64,000 nt of DNA from Rhizophagus irregularis (Eukaryota): positions 6,014,001 through 6,078,000 of the forward strand of contig NC_089430.1 in NCBI RefSeq assembly GCF_026210795.1, read 5' to 3'. This document shows positions 1 through 13,272 of the stretch, in pieces (positions within the stretch are counted from its first letter, which is position 1; every line of letters begins with the position of its first letter). Below the pieces are notes generated by a model that saw only the letters and a program-made list of their open reading frames with translations, did no database searches and was not told the DNA's origin. A program made the position numbers and the translations under genes.

Positions 1-59
1 TTAAATTTTATTCTTTTAAATTTAACAAGAAAATTAATTTAATATTCTAATGGTAATAG

Positions 60-2579
60 ATTCCTTTACCAAAATTTCCGCCTATCGCCGTCGCATTAAT
101 ACCAAATAAAGGAAATGATAATTCAAAAACCATTAGTCAATTGCATAAGAAGCTTATTCAAGAAATTGCTTTTCAGCTTGAAATCCATATATTATCCATT
201 GGTTCTGATGGTGCTATTACTGAATTTCAAGCACAACAATCAATAATAGATATTCAAACTTCCCAAAGACTTTTTATTCGTGAACCAACATTAAATATTA
301 ATTTTTCCTGCCCCATTTTTGATAAGATTGGTCCAGTAGTTCGGGTTCAAGACCCAAAACACGCAAAAAAAACTGCAAGAAACGCGATAATATCTGGAGC
401 TCGGCTTTTAACTTTTGGAATATCTTCAGTCCGATATGATCATCTTCTTACTTTAATTAAACAGCACGATTCAATTATGTACAAAAATGATGTAATCAAA
501 TTAGATAAGCAAGACGATGCTGCTGCTTATCGAACTTTTTGTTCTGCAAATTTTAAGCAATGTCTTACACATGATTTTCAAGTAAAAGTAGGAATGGAAG
601 GAACTATAATATATTTATTTATCATGGGTACGTAATATTAAACAAATTAAATTAAAATTGATAATTAATATTATTTAAATTAATTTTTATTTTAAATTAA
701 TTAATTTTTTAACTTTTCATAATTAGGAGAAATTGTAGATTGCTATTTAAATCGTACTATTTCACCAATTGAAAGAGTACGTATGGCAATGACAGGTTAC
801 TTTTTTCTTCATTTATGGCGCTTTCACATTACAACTCTACACCAAAAATATCCAGACTTTGTATCTATTAAACAAAATTTCCTGGCCGACCAAAGTTTTG
901 CTATTTTTTCTTCTCTCTGTGAATCAATGGTATTACTTGTAAAAGCTCATCGAGACTATTATCCTCAAGTACCTTTTCTTCCTTGGTTGCATGGATCAGA
1001 GTCATGCGAGCATTTCTTTTTTGGTGTAGCAAGGCAGATAAATCCGGACTTTGATTTTGCTGAACTTATTCAAATGTTGCCTAAGATTTCACAATACACA
1101 AAAGCTCTACGGAATGGAAAGTTAAATTTTGATAAGGAAAGATCAGTACGTGAGGGTATATATATTTAACTATAATTAGTATTATAATTCTAATTATTAA
1201 TAATAATAACTGAAAAAAAAATTTTTAGGCTACCTTTTTGACTATACTTCTGAATTGGATAAGCTATCTTTAGAAAAACTTCGCTTATGGCCTAATGACA
1301 AGCAAATATCAGATACTATTCATCATTCATATCGTCTCGCTCAAGATCTTGCAGAATATGTTGGCATGATTCAACCATTTGATATCTCTGTTGATATTGA
1401 TACCCCACAGATCCTTATTGAATCACATGAAATTGATATTTCAAGTTCTGATGTTGACAAGCAATCCCATGATAATAATGATGATGAATACGATTTATCA
1501 ACTGCTATTGGTGAGGCTTCTTTAGAAATGAAACAAATTGCTGAAACTAGTGATGATAATGGGTGTGAATTCAATGATGATTTTACTGAAGGCCGTTCAC
1601 AGTTGGATGGAATTGCTAAGCCTCCTGAAAATTTGTATATTTTAAATGATGGGGATAGTGGTAAGCTTTATATTAACAATGAATATAAAAATTATATTTA
1701 TATTACATTTAATATTAATATTACCATATTTACTACAGTTGATTTATCATGTCGGTATTTATCCTTCAATAAATTGGATTTTGAATTCTTGTATAATCAG
1801 CGAAAATTCCATGAATCATATAGTTCAAGACCTCTTGAACGAAAATTTAAAATTGTTGGAGCAAATTCAAGAATAATAACAGAAGATCCAAATTCAATTC
1901 AACCAAATATGGCCAGTCATTTTGTTGCATATTTCACTAAAAATGAAAATCCAGAACAAAGATTCATAACTCAAAGGGAAAAACGATGGAAGGATAATCG
2001 AAAAAATATTGCTACAACATTAGCACAGTTACACGATCAAGAATTAGCCAAATCTAAAAATGGAAAGAAATTAAATAAAAAAAATGTCCAAGAAAGTTTA
2101 ATTAAAAGTAAGTTTTTTATATTAGTTTATTAAAGAAATTTATGTTTAAACTATTAACATACATTTTAAAAATAGTTCCAAATATTGAAACTGCAAATAT
2201 AACTGAAGATTTTCCATTAATAAAGGGAGATTATTTATTTGTTCGATATGGTTCTCAGATGTGCATCGGACGAGTAGAAGCTTTATATTTTGAGGCTTAT
2301 AATCACCATTGTTATACTGATATGCCTATTAAGGATTTGAACGATATTTCATATATTTCATTACATGTATTTGTTCCTTTACATTTAGAATTATTTACCG
2401 ATATGGTTAAAGAGGGTTGTTATATACTCACACATCATATTCCTTCAAACATTATATATCATATTAAACAGAATAGAGTAGTAATTGAAGGAAATTTTCT
2501 AAGATTAGTTGGAGATGGAAAACAATATTATTTTGATTATTTTGGCAGAAAAGATATTATTGAAAAAATGGTAAAATAG
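60..2579 (+). CDS. P-element/THAP9-like DDE transposase, 3' part (5' exons outside window), about 5 exons, apparently intact
   Basis: Motifs SDG, VQDPKHAKKTARN (D-x2-H) and GSESCEHFF.GVARQ (catalytic E). GT-AG introns at ~628-726, 1157-1229, 1661-1738 and 2108-2174 join the ORFs in frame (IMG|EIVD, REG|YLFD, DS|VDL, IK|IPN). Confidence 0.75.
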
Positions 2580-2745
2580 GTTGTTTTTGTAAATGATAAA
2601 ATTCGTAATACAATAAATCATGTGATCTTGAGGTCTGAAATTTTATTTGCGTATTTTTGCAGGATTTTCAATATCAGGTGTCAATTTTGCGTACCGTTCA
2701 TATAAAAAACCCTTGCGTACAGCTCATAGTAAATTTTTTTTTCGC

Positions 2746-2778
2746 CACCTGACCCCTATATGTATATTTCTGGGTCCT
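2746..2778. mobile_element. Right TIR of the P-like element carrying the 60..2579 transposase
   Basis: Reverse complement AGGACCCAGAAATATACATATAGGGGTCAGGTG closely matches the TIRs of the MITE at 52976-53188. It truncates the minus-strand transposase exactly here. Confidence 0.8.
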
Positions 2779-5637
2779 TTCCTTCTGATATATTTTTAAG
2801 TTCTTTAATAGTTGCTAGTGCATCTTCAACTTCTTTTGATAATGTATGCTCAGCAAGATCAACACGCATCTTACTCCATGAAGTAAGCCATATATGTCGT
2901 TTTGTAAGTTTGGTAGCTTTAGCAGTTGCATGTTTATTTGTATATTCATATACACCTTTTATATGTTTCCAACTAATTTCCTTTTTATTAAACATTATTT
3001 CTCTTGCATTTTTTTCACCTGTATGACTTTTTGATATGTTGTTTCTAAGTTTTTTAAAAACATGTGTTGGATCACTAATAAAAAACCACTCTTCTCCTGT
3101 AATAGGATTGATTGTTTTATAATTTAATAAAATTTCTTGATTATTATAAACAGGTCTAAGAAACTTACTAATATGATAACTAAAAACTTTCCATCCCTTT
3201 TTTGCATATATTCCTTCTATAATTTCTACAGATAATGTTGTTTCAACTGGATCAAACTCAATAATTTTTCCTAAGTACCATTTATTATCATCTGGATTTC
3301 TAAATTCGCATATTTCATTGACATTCCATTTCAATTTTGAAGGCATTGGTGGACGAATAAAATTTCGTTCAATTTCAATATTTTTAGGATTATTACAATC
3401 AAGTTGACATACAGTAAATTTTGTTTTTTCAAAATTACTATTTATAATTTTTGCTGCATAAAAAGATGTTTTATCTTTATTAAAATTAACTTCTACAATA
3501 TCACCACAAGTCCATTTTGATGCATACCAATCAAAACTTTTAATATGAATTCTATTTTCTCCTGCTCCATCACAAATTGATCCACATGTATATATACCTA
3601 TACACTCTAATTTTGCTGCAAGATTAAAAAGTAATGTATTTAAACTATGTACTGATATATTATTAATACCATAATAAGATATGGGAAATGCAAAATTATG
3701 TGTTATTGAATGCCAAACAATTTGATGAACTTGGGTTGCAAGTCCAAATTTTTGTTTATTACTTGATGTAGAATTATCTTCTATTGATATTGATTCTATT
3801 TCTTGTTTACATTGCATAGCAAACATCTCATACTCTTGCATTTCATTTTCAAAATCCAAATAACCAACATAACAATTTTTACGTCATCCAAAGAAGACCT
3901 ATTTTTAGATGTTTTACAATCAAATTAAATAATTAAATATAAATTATTGAAAAAATTTAAAAATAATAATAATTTTTACCTTTTTGAATTTTAAAAGAAT
4001 CATGAGAAAAAAATCCCACTCTTCCATATCCCCAAATTTTATTTATTGTCAAATTAGTTAATATTTGATTAGCAATTTTATCTTGCCAGCCTGATTTTTG
4101 TTCACTTTCGTTAATATAACTTTTAAGTGTTGAAATTGATGGTAAACGCATAATTGTTTTCATTGCATTATAAGCTGCATGACCTGATCTACTATATACA
4201 GATATAGCCCAACGTAAAAACCTAAAAAATTAAAAATATAAGATATTTTTCATATTTAATATCATCTTAATTAACCTTACATTGGATGATATCTTGTTCC
4301 ATTTGGTTTTTCAGTTTGAATACGAATAAGTTCTTGAAAAATAGGATGAAAAGCAGAAATATCTATATCTTTGTTAATAATACCTTTAGTAACAGTATGA
4401 ACAATATTTGCAATTTCACCTGATGCTTCTTCTTCTTCCCTTTCAATTTTTTCTTTTAAATGATCTTTTAAATCAATAATTATATTATTTTGTTCTTTAA
4501 TAATCTTTCTCTGTTGGCTAACCTTTTTTATAAGAGTTTCTTTTGATGCATGTGTTACTTTTATTGAGTTTGTTCCAGACAAAATTCTTTGTTGAATTCT
4601 TTGTAAAGTTTTTCGTAATTTTGCACAATTTTTGCATATATTTTTTTCTGTTATTACAAGTATACAATCTATTCTTCTATATACCTCATCAGGTTGACCA
4701 ATCCGTTCCATTAAAGCAAAAGGAGTATGATCTTTATTATTGCTAACTAGTTAAGTACCCCGAATATGTGTTACTTGTTCAAAACCTTTGAATAAAAATT
4801 ATCAAATAAAATTTACGTATATAAATAAATAAAAAATAAAAAATAATAATTAATTACCAGCAGTACTTTGTCCATAACAAATACTAACAGAAAAAACATA
4901 TCTAATAAAATTAATTATTTCATCAAGAGTTCTTTTCATTTCTTTGGTTGGAAAAGGAAGATATTTTTCTTTTACTATTTGATCAAATATATAAACTTCA
5001 TATCTATATAAACCACTCTTAGTTAGAATCAATAGCTTTTTTTCTGATTTTTCTTCTTTGAAAAAATGAAGTTCAAGACCTTCACTAATTTTTCGTATTG
5101 CAGTTCCAGAAAACTCTCCTCCTGGTTTAACTTTTTCTTGAATTGATGAAAGAATATCTGTGGTGTTTATTAACAATGATGTTTTCCAATATAATGAATT
5201 TGATGTAGATAAAATAGATGCAATTGACGGACTTGTAGGATTTGCTTCCAAAAAAATGGTTGCTGTAGCAGACCTACGTCCTTTAAAATATCCTCGGTTT
5301 CCCAAATAATCTATCCATTTGGAAAATGTGTCAAATTTGCGATTATCTTTGACGCTATATACATATGCTTTCTTATCCTTTACTTCATACATAAGCACAC
5401 CTTCAAAATATTTATCTAATGTTGGAAAAAAATATACCATTTTTCCTTTAAGGTTAGGCTTAGTACGTACAAGTTCTTGTAATGCTTCTGCTTTTTTTTG
5501 CTGCTTTGGTATTGGCAAATCAATACTATTCTCGTTTATATTAATTGCGCGTTTTTTTTGAAACTTTTTAATAAAAAATGTTAATATTATTTAAAAAATA
5601 TAAAAGTTGTGCTTTTCTAACCTTTAATGCCTACCAT
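2779..5637 (-). pseudogene. Second P-element-like transposase with two Tudor-like inserts; 3'-truncated by the first P-like element
   Basis: LPSISTL, FFSHDSFKIQKG, ICDGAGENR, FFISDPTHVFKKLRNNI and KLTKRHIWLTSWSKMRVDLAEHTLS are P/THAP9-type motifs. Multi-exon, probable ATG at 5637, frameshift near 3880. Confidence 0.8.
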
Positions 5638-5869
5638 TTTCAAGTTGTAGCGAAATTTTCTATGTATTTTAGATGTATTAAACCGCCGATCAAGTTTTTT
5701 AAAGTAAATAAACACGAAACTTTGACAAAAAATTATATTTTCAGATAGTTTTGCGTTTCTTTATTACCGATCAATTATTTTTTTTTCATGGATTATAATG
5801 ATTATCAATTGATTTTTCATCTTAAACATGGGGTACGATCATATTTTAATAAGGTTACTTATAAAATTA

Positions 5870-5917
5870 CATATGGCGACAGTTCTGGTTATTATTGATC
5901 AGTCTGTATAACCTATG
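5870..5917 (-). mobile_element. Probable 5' terminus of the second P-like element
   Basis: Minus strand reads CATAGGTTATACAGAC...GTCGCCATATG, a CA-starting end as in P elements, ~280 bp upstream of the ATG. Partner end is outside the window. Confidence 0.35.
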
Positions 5918-6074
5918 AGTTGGCCCCCCCGTTTATTTATCTAACCCCTAGATTTTATCTTTATTATCGTATTTTTATAAAATCACGTGATATACAAAAT
6001 GTACATTTAAATCTGAATTTTTTGAAATAATGAGGAGGGGTTAATGTTAAACGAGACTATTTGTTGAAACGGCC
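5918..6074. mobile_element. Right-end remnant of a PIF/Harbinger-like element that truncates the CACTA transposase
   Basis: Ends ...TTGTTGAAACGGCC followed by TAA, the same GGCC|TAA junction as the MITE at 60896-61209. The transposase frame (..IVNELEL) stops here. Confidence 0.4.
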
Positions 6075-7489
6075 TAACTCTAATTCATTGACAATAGGCG
6101 CAATATAATGATTAATCTTGTACAAGCTTACTTCGTTCAGTCCTGGTAGTAGACCGAGAACCAGCAAATTTTCGCGCTTGAACTGAATGTCACGGGGTAA
6201 ATTACAGATAGCCGTGTAAATTACCCAATACTATAAAATGTACCATCGTAGGGCTGGAACTAATCAAGGTTTATCATTAGTCCTAGATGTGAATCGGCTA
6301 CTTCTGGTCATAAAAATTTTGCTGAATTTTCATCGTCAGTTTCTCTTAATGTTTTCCAGATTTGACCATCATATATATCGGTCAGTATGTTATCGAATTG
6401 TTGACGATTTGACCAATATCGAAGTAACCGTTCAAAGTGAGGCTGACGATATAGAGTTTCCAATTGTTGATGAATCGGTATAAATGGATATATTAATTCT
6501 GGCTTTTTAACCTCTCTCTCAGCCAAGACCGTTTGACACGATTTCGTCCTTTGAGACGCAAAATTTGGAAATTCGACGTGACTGCATCTTATGATACCGA
6601 TACTGTCATTTTTTTGAATTTTGTCCATGTCTGTCTTATTATATAATTTATGACATTTCGGACATGGCACGAAACTATGGAAATGATCTTTCAGGCCAAG
6701 TTGAATTCTTGCCAGATATAGAGAGTCAGGAAAGCTATCGTAAATGTTTCCACCGATTTCTTTTAACACTATTTTCATGAATTTTAGTTGAGATTCATTC
6801 ACTGTTTCAGGGAGATTGAACTTTTTTCGAAAGGTCATTATCCACAATAAAATCCATGAAAATTTATCATCGATTGTCATTTTTTCTTCCTCTTGATATG
6901 ATTTAAAATCTGGCGGTGAATAATTTTCAAAAGTATCGGCAAAAGTTTCATCATCTGACTCATTGCCATCAGAAGAAGAAGTATCAGTATGTTGTTCATA
7001 ATCAGAATTGCTCAAATCTTCTGTTCCTGAATGTTCAAGTATAATTTGTGGGCAATTTGCGTAGCTTCTTATACATCTTCGAGGTAAAAAAATATATTTG
7101 TTTTCATTGTATTCTGAAGTTGTCGAATTATCTTTTTCATTTAATGGAATTGTTGTCGAATCTTCTTCTAAAGGAGTTATTACTGAAATCTCTTCATTTG
7201 GAGGTACCAAAATATCTTCATTTATCGGATTTTCTTCTAATGAAGTTATTGTCGAATCCTCTTCTTGATTAATTAGTAACAATGAAGCCAAACCACTATT
7301 AAGATTTGAGTCAGTTGTGTTTTTTGCCACTTCGTGAAGCATTTTGGTTCGTGTTATAACCAGTTTTCCATTACATTTGTCACAATAACAAGGGACTTTG
7401 GTTCTTTTTTTGCTAAACCTTCTAGAAGATAGTCAGTTTGCTATCCTTTCTGAACCCATTATTTGATTAATCGATCTTCTTCTCGTCAT
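6075..7489 (-). pseudogene. CACTA/CMC (EnSpm/Plavaka-like) transposase, frameshifted and truncated
   Basis: CPKCHKLY, CSHVEFPN, YPFIPIHQQL, DIYDGQIWK, then after a frameshift LD*FQPY..ICNLPR..LGLLPG..INHY; homologous to the 21962 transposase. Confidence 0.85.
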
Positions 7490-7597
7490 GTTTTATAAAA
7501 TTTGATAAAGAATCGGTTATAATTAATATATACTTTAAAATTTAACGAAACTTTGACAAATGAAGTCAATTTTTCTCTTGAAAATTAAAATTTTATG

Positions 7598-8100
7598 AAA
7601 TTTTTTTTTTAATTTGAAAATTTCGGTTAAATTTGATCCGTTAGTAATTGATTTAATAAAAGTTTAATTTTGAGATTTCGATTAATTAAATTTTCAATCA
7701 TGAGAATTTTTTTTAATTTGAAAATTTTGGTTAAATTTGATCCATTAGTAATTGATTTAATAAAAGTTTAATTTCAAGATTTCGATTAATTAAATTTTCA
7801 ATCATGAGAATTTTTTTTAATTTGAAAATTTCGGTTAAATTTAACCCGTTAGTAATTGATTTAATAAAAGTTTAATTTCGAAATTTCGATTAATTAAATT
7901 TTCAATTATGAGAATTTTTTTTAATTTGAAAATTTCGGTTAAATTTGATCTGTTAGTAATTGATTTAATAAAAGTTTATTTTTGAGATTTCGATTAATTA
8001 AATTTTCAATCATGAGAATTTTTTTAATTTGAAAATTTCGGTTAAATTTAATCCGTTAGTAATTGATTTGATAAAAGTAATAAAAGTCTAATTTCGATTA
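7598..8100. repeat. Tandem repeat, ~108-bp unit, ~4.5 copies, between the divergent genes
   Basis: Unit TTTAATTTGAAAATTTCGGTTAAATTTGATCCGTTAGTAATTG...TTTTCAATCATGAGAA. Confidence 0.9.
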
Positions 8101-8424
8101 AACTTTTTTAACGATTAATTAACTTTTAAATCAAATTTCGGTTTTATTTTTATCAAATAGACTTTTTCCCAGGAAAGCTTATTTTGAATTTTGAATTTAT
8201 AAAGCTCCATCAATCGAATTTTTTCGCAAAAATAATTTTATTTTTTCGATAAACAATTCTTGTAATTTTTATAAAATTTTTATAAAATCTGCAATACATT
8301 TTTATATTGATCGTCAAACATAACTTTTATATAAATCGAACAATATTTTTCGTCATTTTGAAAGAAAGTTCTACTTTATTTACTAATTTTACTATTCTTC
8401 TGTTTATTAAAATCTCTATAAAGA

Positions 8425-10989
8425 ATGAAACGATCTGGACAAAAAAGTGTCAAAAAAAGTCGTCAAGAGTCTCACAAACAAACTTTTTCACAGGAATTTG
8501 TAAGTTCTGATTCTCCCAAACAAACGTCGATATCGAAATAACAATCCGCAGCTTCCAGTTCTGGTACTATCAAAATTCAAAAACAAGCGTCAAAACAGGA
8601 ATCTGCAGCTTCCGGTTCTGGTTCTACCAAAACTCAAAAACAAATATCGAAACAGGAATCCACAGCTTCCAGTTCTGGTTCTACCAAAACTCAAAAACAA
8701 ACGTTGATACCAGAAGCTTCAGAAGATAATGGGCCATTTCGCTTAGTGGTATTATCCAGCTTGTACTCGCAACAAAGCAAGATGGTACCACCAATTCGTA
8801 ATGTAACCATACATAGGGAATTAATGCCCATTACACGCACAGCCAAACCGTATAGGAGCAATGTACTTAGGGAATTAACGCTTATTACACGCACCACCGA
8901 ACCATATAGGAGCAATATACATAGAGAATTAATGCCAATTACACGCATCATTGAACCGTATAGGAGCAATGTACGCATCGCCAAACCGTATAGGAGCAAT
9001 GTACGCACCACTGAACCATATAGGAGAGAATTAACGCCAATTATACGTGAACCTTATAGTAGTAATTGGACTAGAGATGTAAATGGTGAGCTACAATTGA
9101 CTTTTGTATTCATTTTAGAGTTCTGGTCGACTTTAACGTTTTTTTAGAAACGTATAATCTCTGAGAAGAAAATGCCTACTTACAGGAAAGAATCGATGAA
9201 TTAAATCGGCAACTCGATAATGCAAATGGCAAGTTGCGTGACCTACGGCTAGACGTTGGCCAATTACAATCGTATAACAATATACTTAGTCAGGAAAATG
9301 ATGGCTTGCATCACCGACATTCATCTGACCTTCAAGATATCGAATTTGAAGAGGATCAATGACTAACAAAGCGTAGGAAAGGAAAAAATCTTGTGCGCGA
9401 TTCTGAAGATGAAATAGAAGTAGATGAAGAAGAAGCTAGGGTTCGTCCAAAAATCCTCTTTCAATGTATGCTTTTAACGCTTGCTAAACCGATATTTTGT
9501 ACAATTTAGGCTGAGATAAAGACGATTCTAAAACTTTTCCGATTGAACTAGAATTAAAATATGATGAAAAGTTTACCAGTGAGTCGAATGATGAAATTCT
9601 TCAACAGGTTATATCTCGACTAATTGAAGCAATGAAGCCAAGGTATACTCTACGATACAGGCAAGTCAAGTCTTGGCTTTCTGCTTTACATAAACATTGC
9701 AGAGTGCGCTTGTTATATAAACAACGCAGCACTTTAGACAAAGATAATCACCGTCTACATCGAAACAATCGGTTAAATGAGGTAAATAATTTCTTTATTA
9801 TTTCAAAAAAAAAAAATCTCATCATTCGTCGAAACTTTAAATATAGAAAAAGGCACGTTGTGACATGCCGCCCATAGGATATTAAAATAAAATATCGTAT
9901 GTTGCCACCGACGTGTTGAGTTCGAATAATATCTATGCTTGGTTTAAGAATAAAAATTAGTTACAAAACATTAATAAACCATTAATTAAAATAATTAATG
10001 TGGCACTTTTTGCTCATAAGAAAAAGGCTAAAAGATTGTGTTAGTTTATTATTAAGGACGAACTAAAATTTTTTATTTTCCAAAAATTGAACTCCTGAAT
10101 TTCCTATCGAAATCCACTTGTATTTATACATTTTTAAGAAAAATATTTCTAATATTTCTAATATTTCTAATAAAATTTGAAGATCTATTATCATATGACT
10201 ATCTCGTTACACTAAACTAAACTATAAATATAATTTTATTGGTTAATTATTTATCCATCAGTTAATTATTTATCCTTATTCTATTTTATTGTATTTTTCG
10301 GTTATTACAACGTCAAGTTAAAGGCGCAAAATCGCTTTTTGACAAAAATGACGAAAAACTGGAGAATTATGATCGAAAAGAACTTTTGAATGTTTTAAGT
10401 AACAACTGATATCACTCTCCAGAGTATTCTGAATCGGATGAGGAACAACCAGACGGTAAAAGACATATCAATGTTTATAATCCGTCTTGGAGATCTGAAG
10501 AGGTTCAATAACTTATTTGTCGCATTTTTTATTTTTTATTTTTTATTTGTTTTATTTTTTTCGTAATAGGATTGATTTTTTTTCTAATAATAGTTAATAG
10601 ATTTATTACGAAATGTCTTGGACCAACACGCTTTCTCTTTTCAATCTGCACAATTGATACAAACGCAAAATTATGATGATAAGATATATAATATCATCTC
10701 TCGTTATTTACGAGGTGCTCCAAATTGGACCTATGTGGAGCAGAATATGCTGGCCAATATTGACTTTTCTGAGCCGGAGATGCCAATTCAAATGATGGAG
10801 AGTCTAATAATGGCGGAAGATGCGGAAGTGTCAGCGGAGATGGACAAAATAGTAGTAATAGAAGATTCGGAATCAACGGGAATGGAAGAATCAGAACCAA
10901 CGGAAATAGAAGAATCAGAACCAATGGGAGTGGAAGAATCGCCAGAAACAGAAGATGAAACAGACAAATGGTATAAATTTGTACTTTAA
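8425..10989 (+). pseudogene. CACTA accessory (partner) gene with internal peptide repeats, interrupted by a solo-LTR-like insert
   Basis: 20-aa repeats (KQESAASGSGSTKTQKQ) and RTxEPYRSN repeats. C-terminal YHSPEYSESD..PSWRS..APNW is shared with the gene at 20341-21482. In-frame stops present. Confidence 0.65.
9859..10309. mobile_element. 451-bp solo-LTR-like insertion (TG...CA), 4-bp TSD ACGT
   Basis: ACGT|TGTGACAT...GTTATTACA|ACGT. Removal restores KKARQVKGAK in the host gene. Confidence 0.7.
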
Positions 10990-11104
10990 TTTTTGTTTGA
11001 GTTTTTATTATACTAACTTTTTTTCGAATTTTAGATTGTGAATTCGTCAGTTTTTTTTGGATTTTTTTTGAAAATTATGGGATTTTTTGTGAAATTGTGG
11101 ATTG

Positions 11105-11635
11105 AATTTTTTTATTTTTGTAGGAAATTTTTATTAATTTAGTATTATTTCGTGTTATTTTCGTATTGTTTATGTATTATTTATGTATTATTTTTGTATT
11201 ATTGTTGTAGGAAATTTTTATTATTTTCGTATTATTTTAGTATTATTTTCGTAGAAAATTTTTATTATTTTAGTATTATTTTCATAGGAAATTTTTATTA
11301 TTTTAGTATTATTTTCGTATTATTTTCGTATTATTTTTGTAGGAAATTTTTATTATTTTAGTATTATTTTCGTATTATTTTAGTATTATTTTCATATTAT
11401 TTTTGTATTATTGTTGTAGGAAATTTTTATTATTTTCATATTATTTTAGTATTATTTTCGTATTATTTTCGTAGGAAATTTTTATTATTTTAGTATTATT
11501 TTCGTATTATTTTAGTATTATTGTTGTAGGAAATTTTTATTATTTTAGTATTATTGTTGTAGGAAATTTTTATTATTTTCGTATTATTTTAGTATTATTT
11601 TCATAGGAAATTTTTACTATTTTTGTAGGAAACTT
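11105..11635. repeat. AT-rich minisatellite (TATTATTTTCG/TAG and GTAGGAAATTT modules)
   Basis: Directly visible iterated 11-22-bp units. Confidence 0.9.
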
Positions 11636-12707
11636 TTGCGATTTAATTGATTTAATTAAAATAATTGGTAAATCAATCGAAATAAAATCGGTTTTAAAAC
11701 TTAAATTTGCTAAATTTCGTCAAAATTATTATGGTCGATTTTATTTATTTTTGCAAATCAGCAAATTAAATCAATATCGATTTTTAAACGAATAGTCGAT
11801 TGTTTATGACGAATTTCATTTGCATGGCAGGTTCGAATTTTATTGATATGTACAGCCGACTTTTTTAACTAATTCTGAAACTTTGCCAATTTCTAATTGC
11901 AAGTAGCAGGCGTTACAGTGCAAATCATCCATAAAATTAGTTGCCAATTTTTTTGGTACTGATCGGCTAATGTCAGACCAAATTTTGTCCAACATTCGGC
12001 AATTTAAAATTTTGCTGAAATGGACTATTCTGACCAGTGTTTTACTTTGTAGGTATCAGATTCACTCTGGACACGTAAATTTTGAAGAAGTTTGCAAAAC
12101 TTCTTAATTTTTTTTGAAATTTAACTTTATTTTTTCTTTTATTTTATAGATGTCGGCTTTGGCTCTTGCACGGCATGTTAGATAGGCAGGTTTTGAAGTT
12201 TCATTATGAAACTTCTTTATTTTTTTTAAAAAATTTAATTAATTTTTTTTTCTTTTATTTGTAGATGTTGGCTTTGATTCTTGGATGTTGGATAGGTCGG
12301 TTCTGAAGTTTTATTTCGAAACTTCTTTTCAAAATTTTTTTTAAATTTAATTAACTTTTTTTTCTTTTATTTGTAGATACTGCTTCGATTCTTTAACTTT
12401 GAATAGGTGGGTTTCAAGGTTTCATTGCGAAACTTCTTTATTTATTTTAAAAATTTATTTAATTTTGTTTTCTTTTATTTGTAGATGTCGACTTCGATTC
12501 TTGTATGTTGAATAGATGGATTTCGAAGTTTTGTTTCAAAATTAATTTCTTTTTAAATTTTATTTAACATTTTTCTTTTATTTATAGATATCGGTTTTAG
12601 ATTATTAGATGTTGGATGGGTGAGTTTTGAAGTTTCGTTTTAAAACTTTTTTTCAAAATTTTTTTTAAATTTAATTAACACTTTTTTCTTTTATTTGTAG
12701 ATGTCAG

Positions 12708-12951
12708 TAAGATTGCTTGTCTAAACCTCTTCAAAATCCTATGATTAGTTTCATCAAAATTTTACTATAGATTTATTATAGTTTTGGCAGAGTTTTGGCA
12801 GTTTCAGCATTTATAATAAGTTTCGGCAGTTTCGCCTTTCTCCAAAGTTTTGCCAGTTTTTTAATATAACTTTAATATAGTTTCAGCAGAATTTCGCTTT
12901 TCGGCGAAATGCCATCTTGCCTAAACCCCTAGGTTTCGGCAAGCAACCTTA
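12708..12951 (+). mobile_element. hAT-type MITE, 244 bp, copy 1
   Basis: TIR TAAG(G/A)TTGCTTG...CAAGCAACCTTA; 8-bp TSD GATGTCAG. Confidence 0.9.
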
Positions 12952-13272
12952 GATGTCAGCTTTGATTCTTTAACTTTGGGTAGGTGAGTTTTGAAGTTTC
13001 ATTTCGAAACTTTATTTTTTTTAAATCTTTATTTTTTTAAAATTTTTTTTCTTTTAATTGTAGATATCGACTTTGATTCCAGGGTATCAGATATGTAAGT
13101 TTCGAAGTTTTACGAAACTTTAATTTTTTTAAAAATTAATTTAACATTTTTTTTTTATTTGTAGATATCGGTTTTGATTCTTTGGCTTTGGATAGGTGGG
13201 TTTCAAAGTTTCATTTTGAAACTTTAATTTTTGAAAAATTTAATTGATTTTTTTTTCTGTTATTTGTAGATA

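Larger units (their letters stand above)
6075..12039. mobile_element. CACTA-like element A (right part; left end outside window)
   Basis: Ends ...GGACTATTCTGACCAGTG (rc CACTGGTCAG). Contains a divergent transposase/partner gene pair like element 18206-30459. Confidence 0.7.

Noticed and set aside
11152..11361. Hydrophobic ORF
   Set aside because: Minisatellite artefact.
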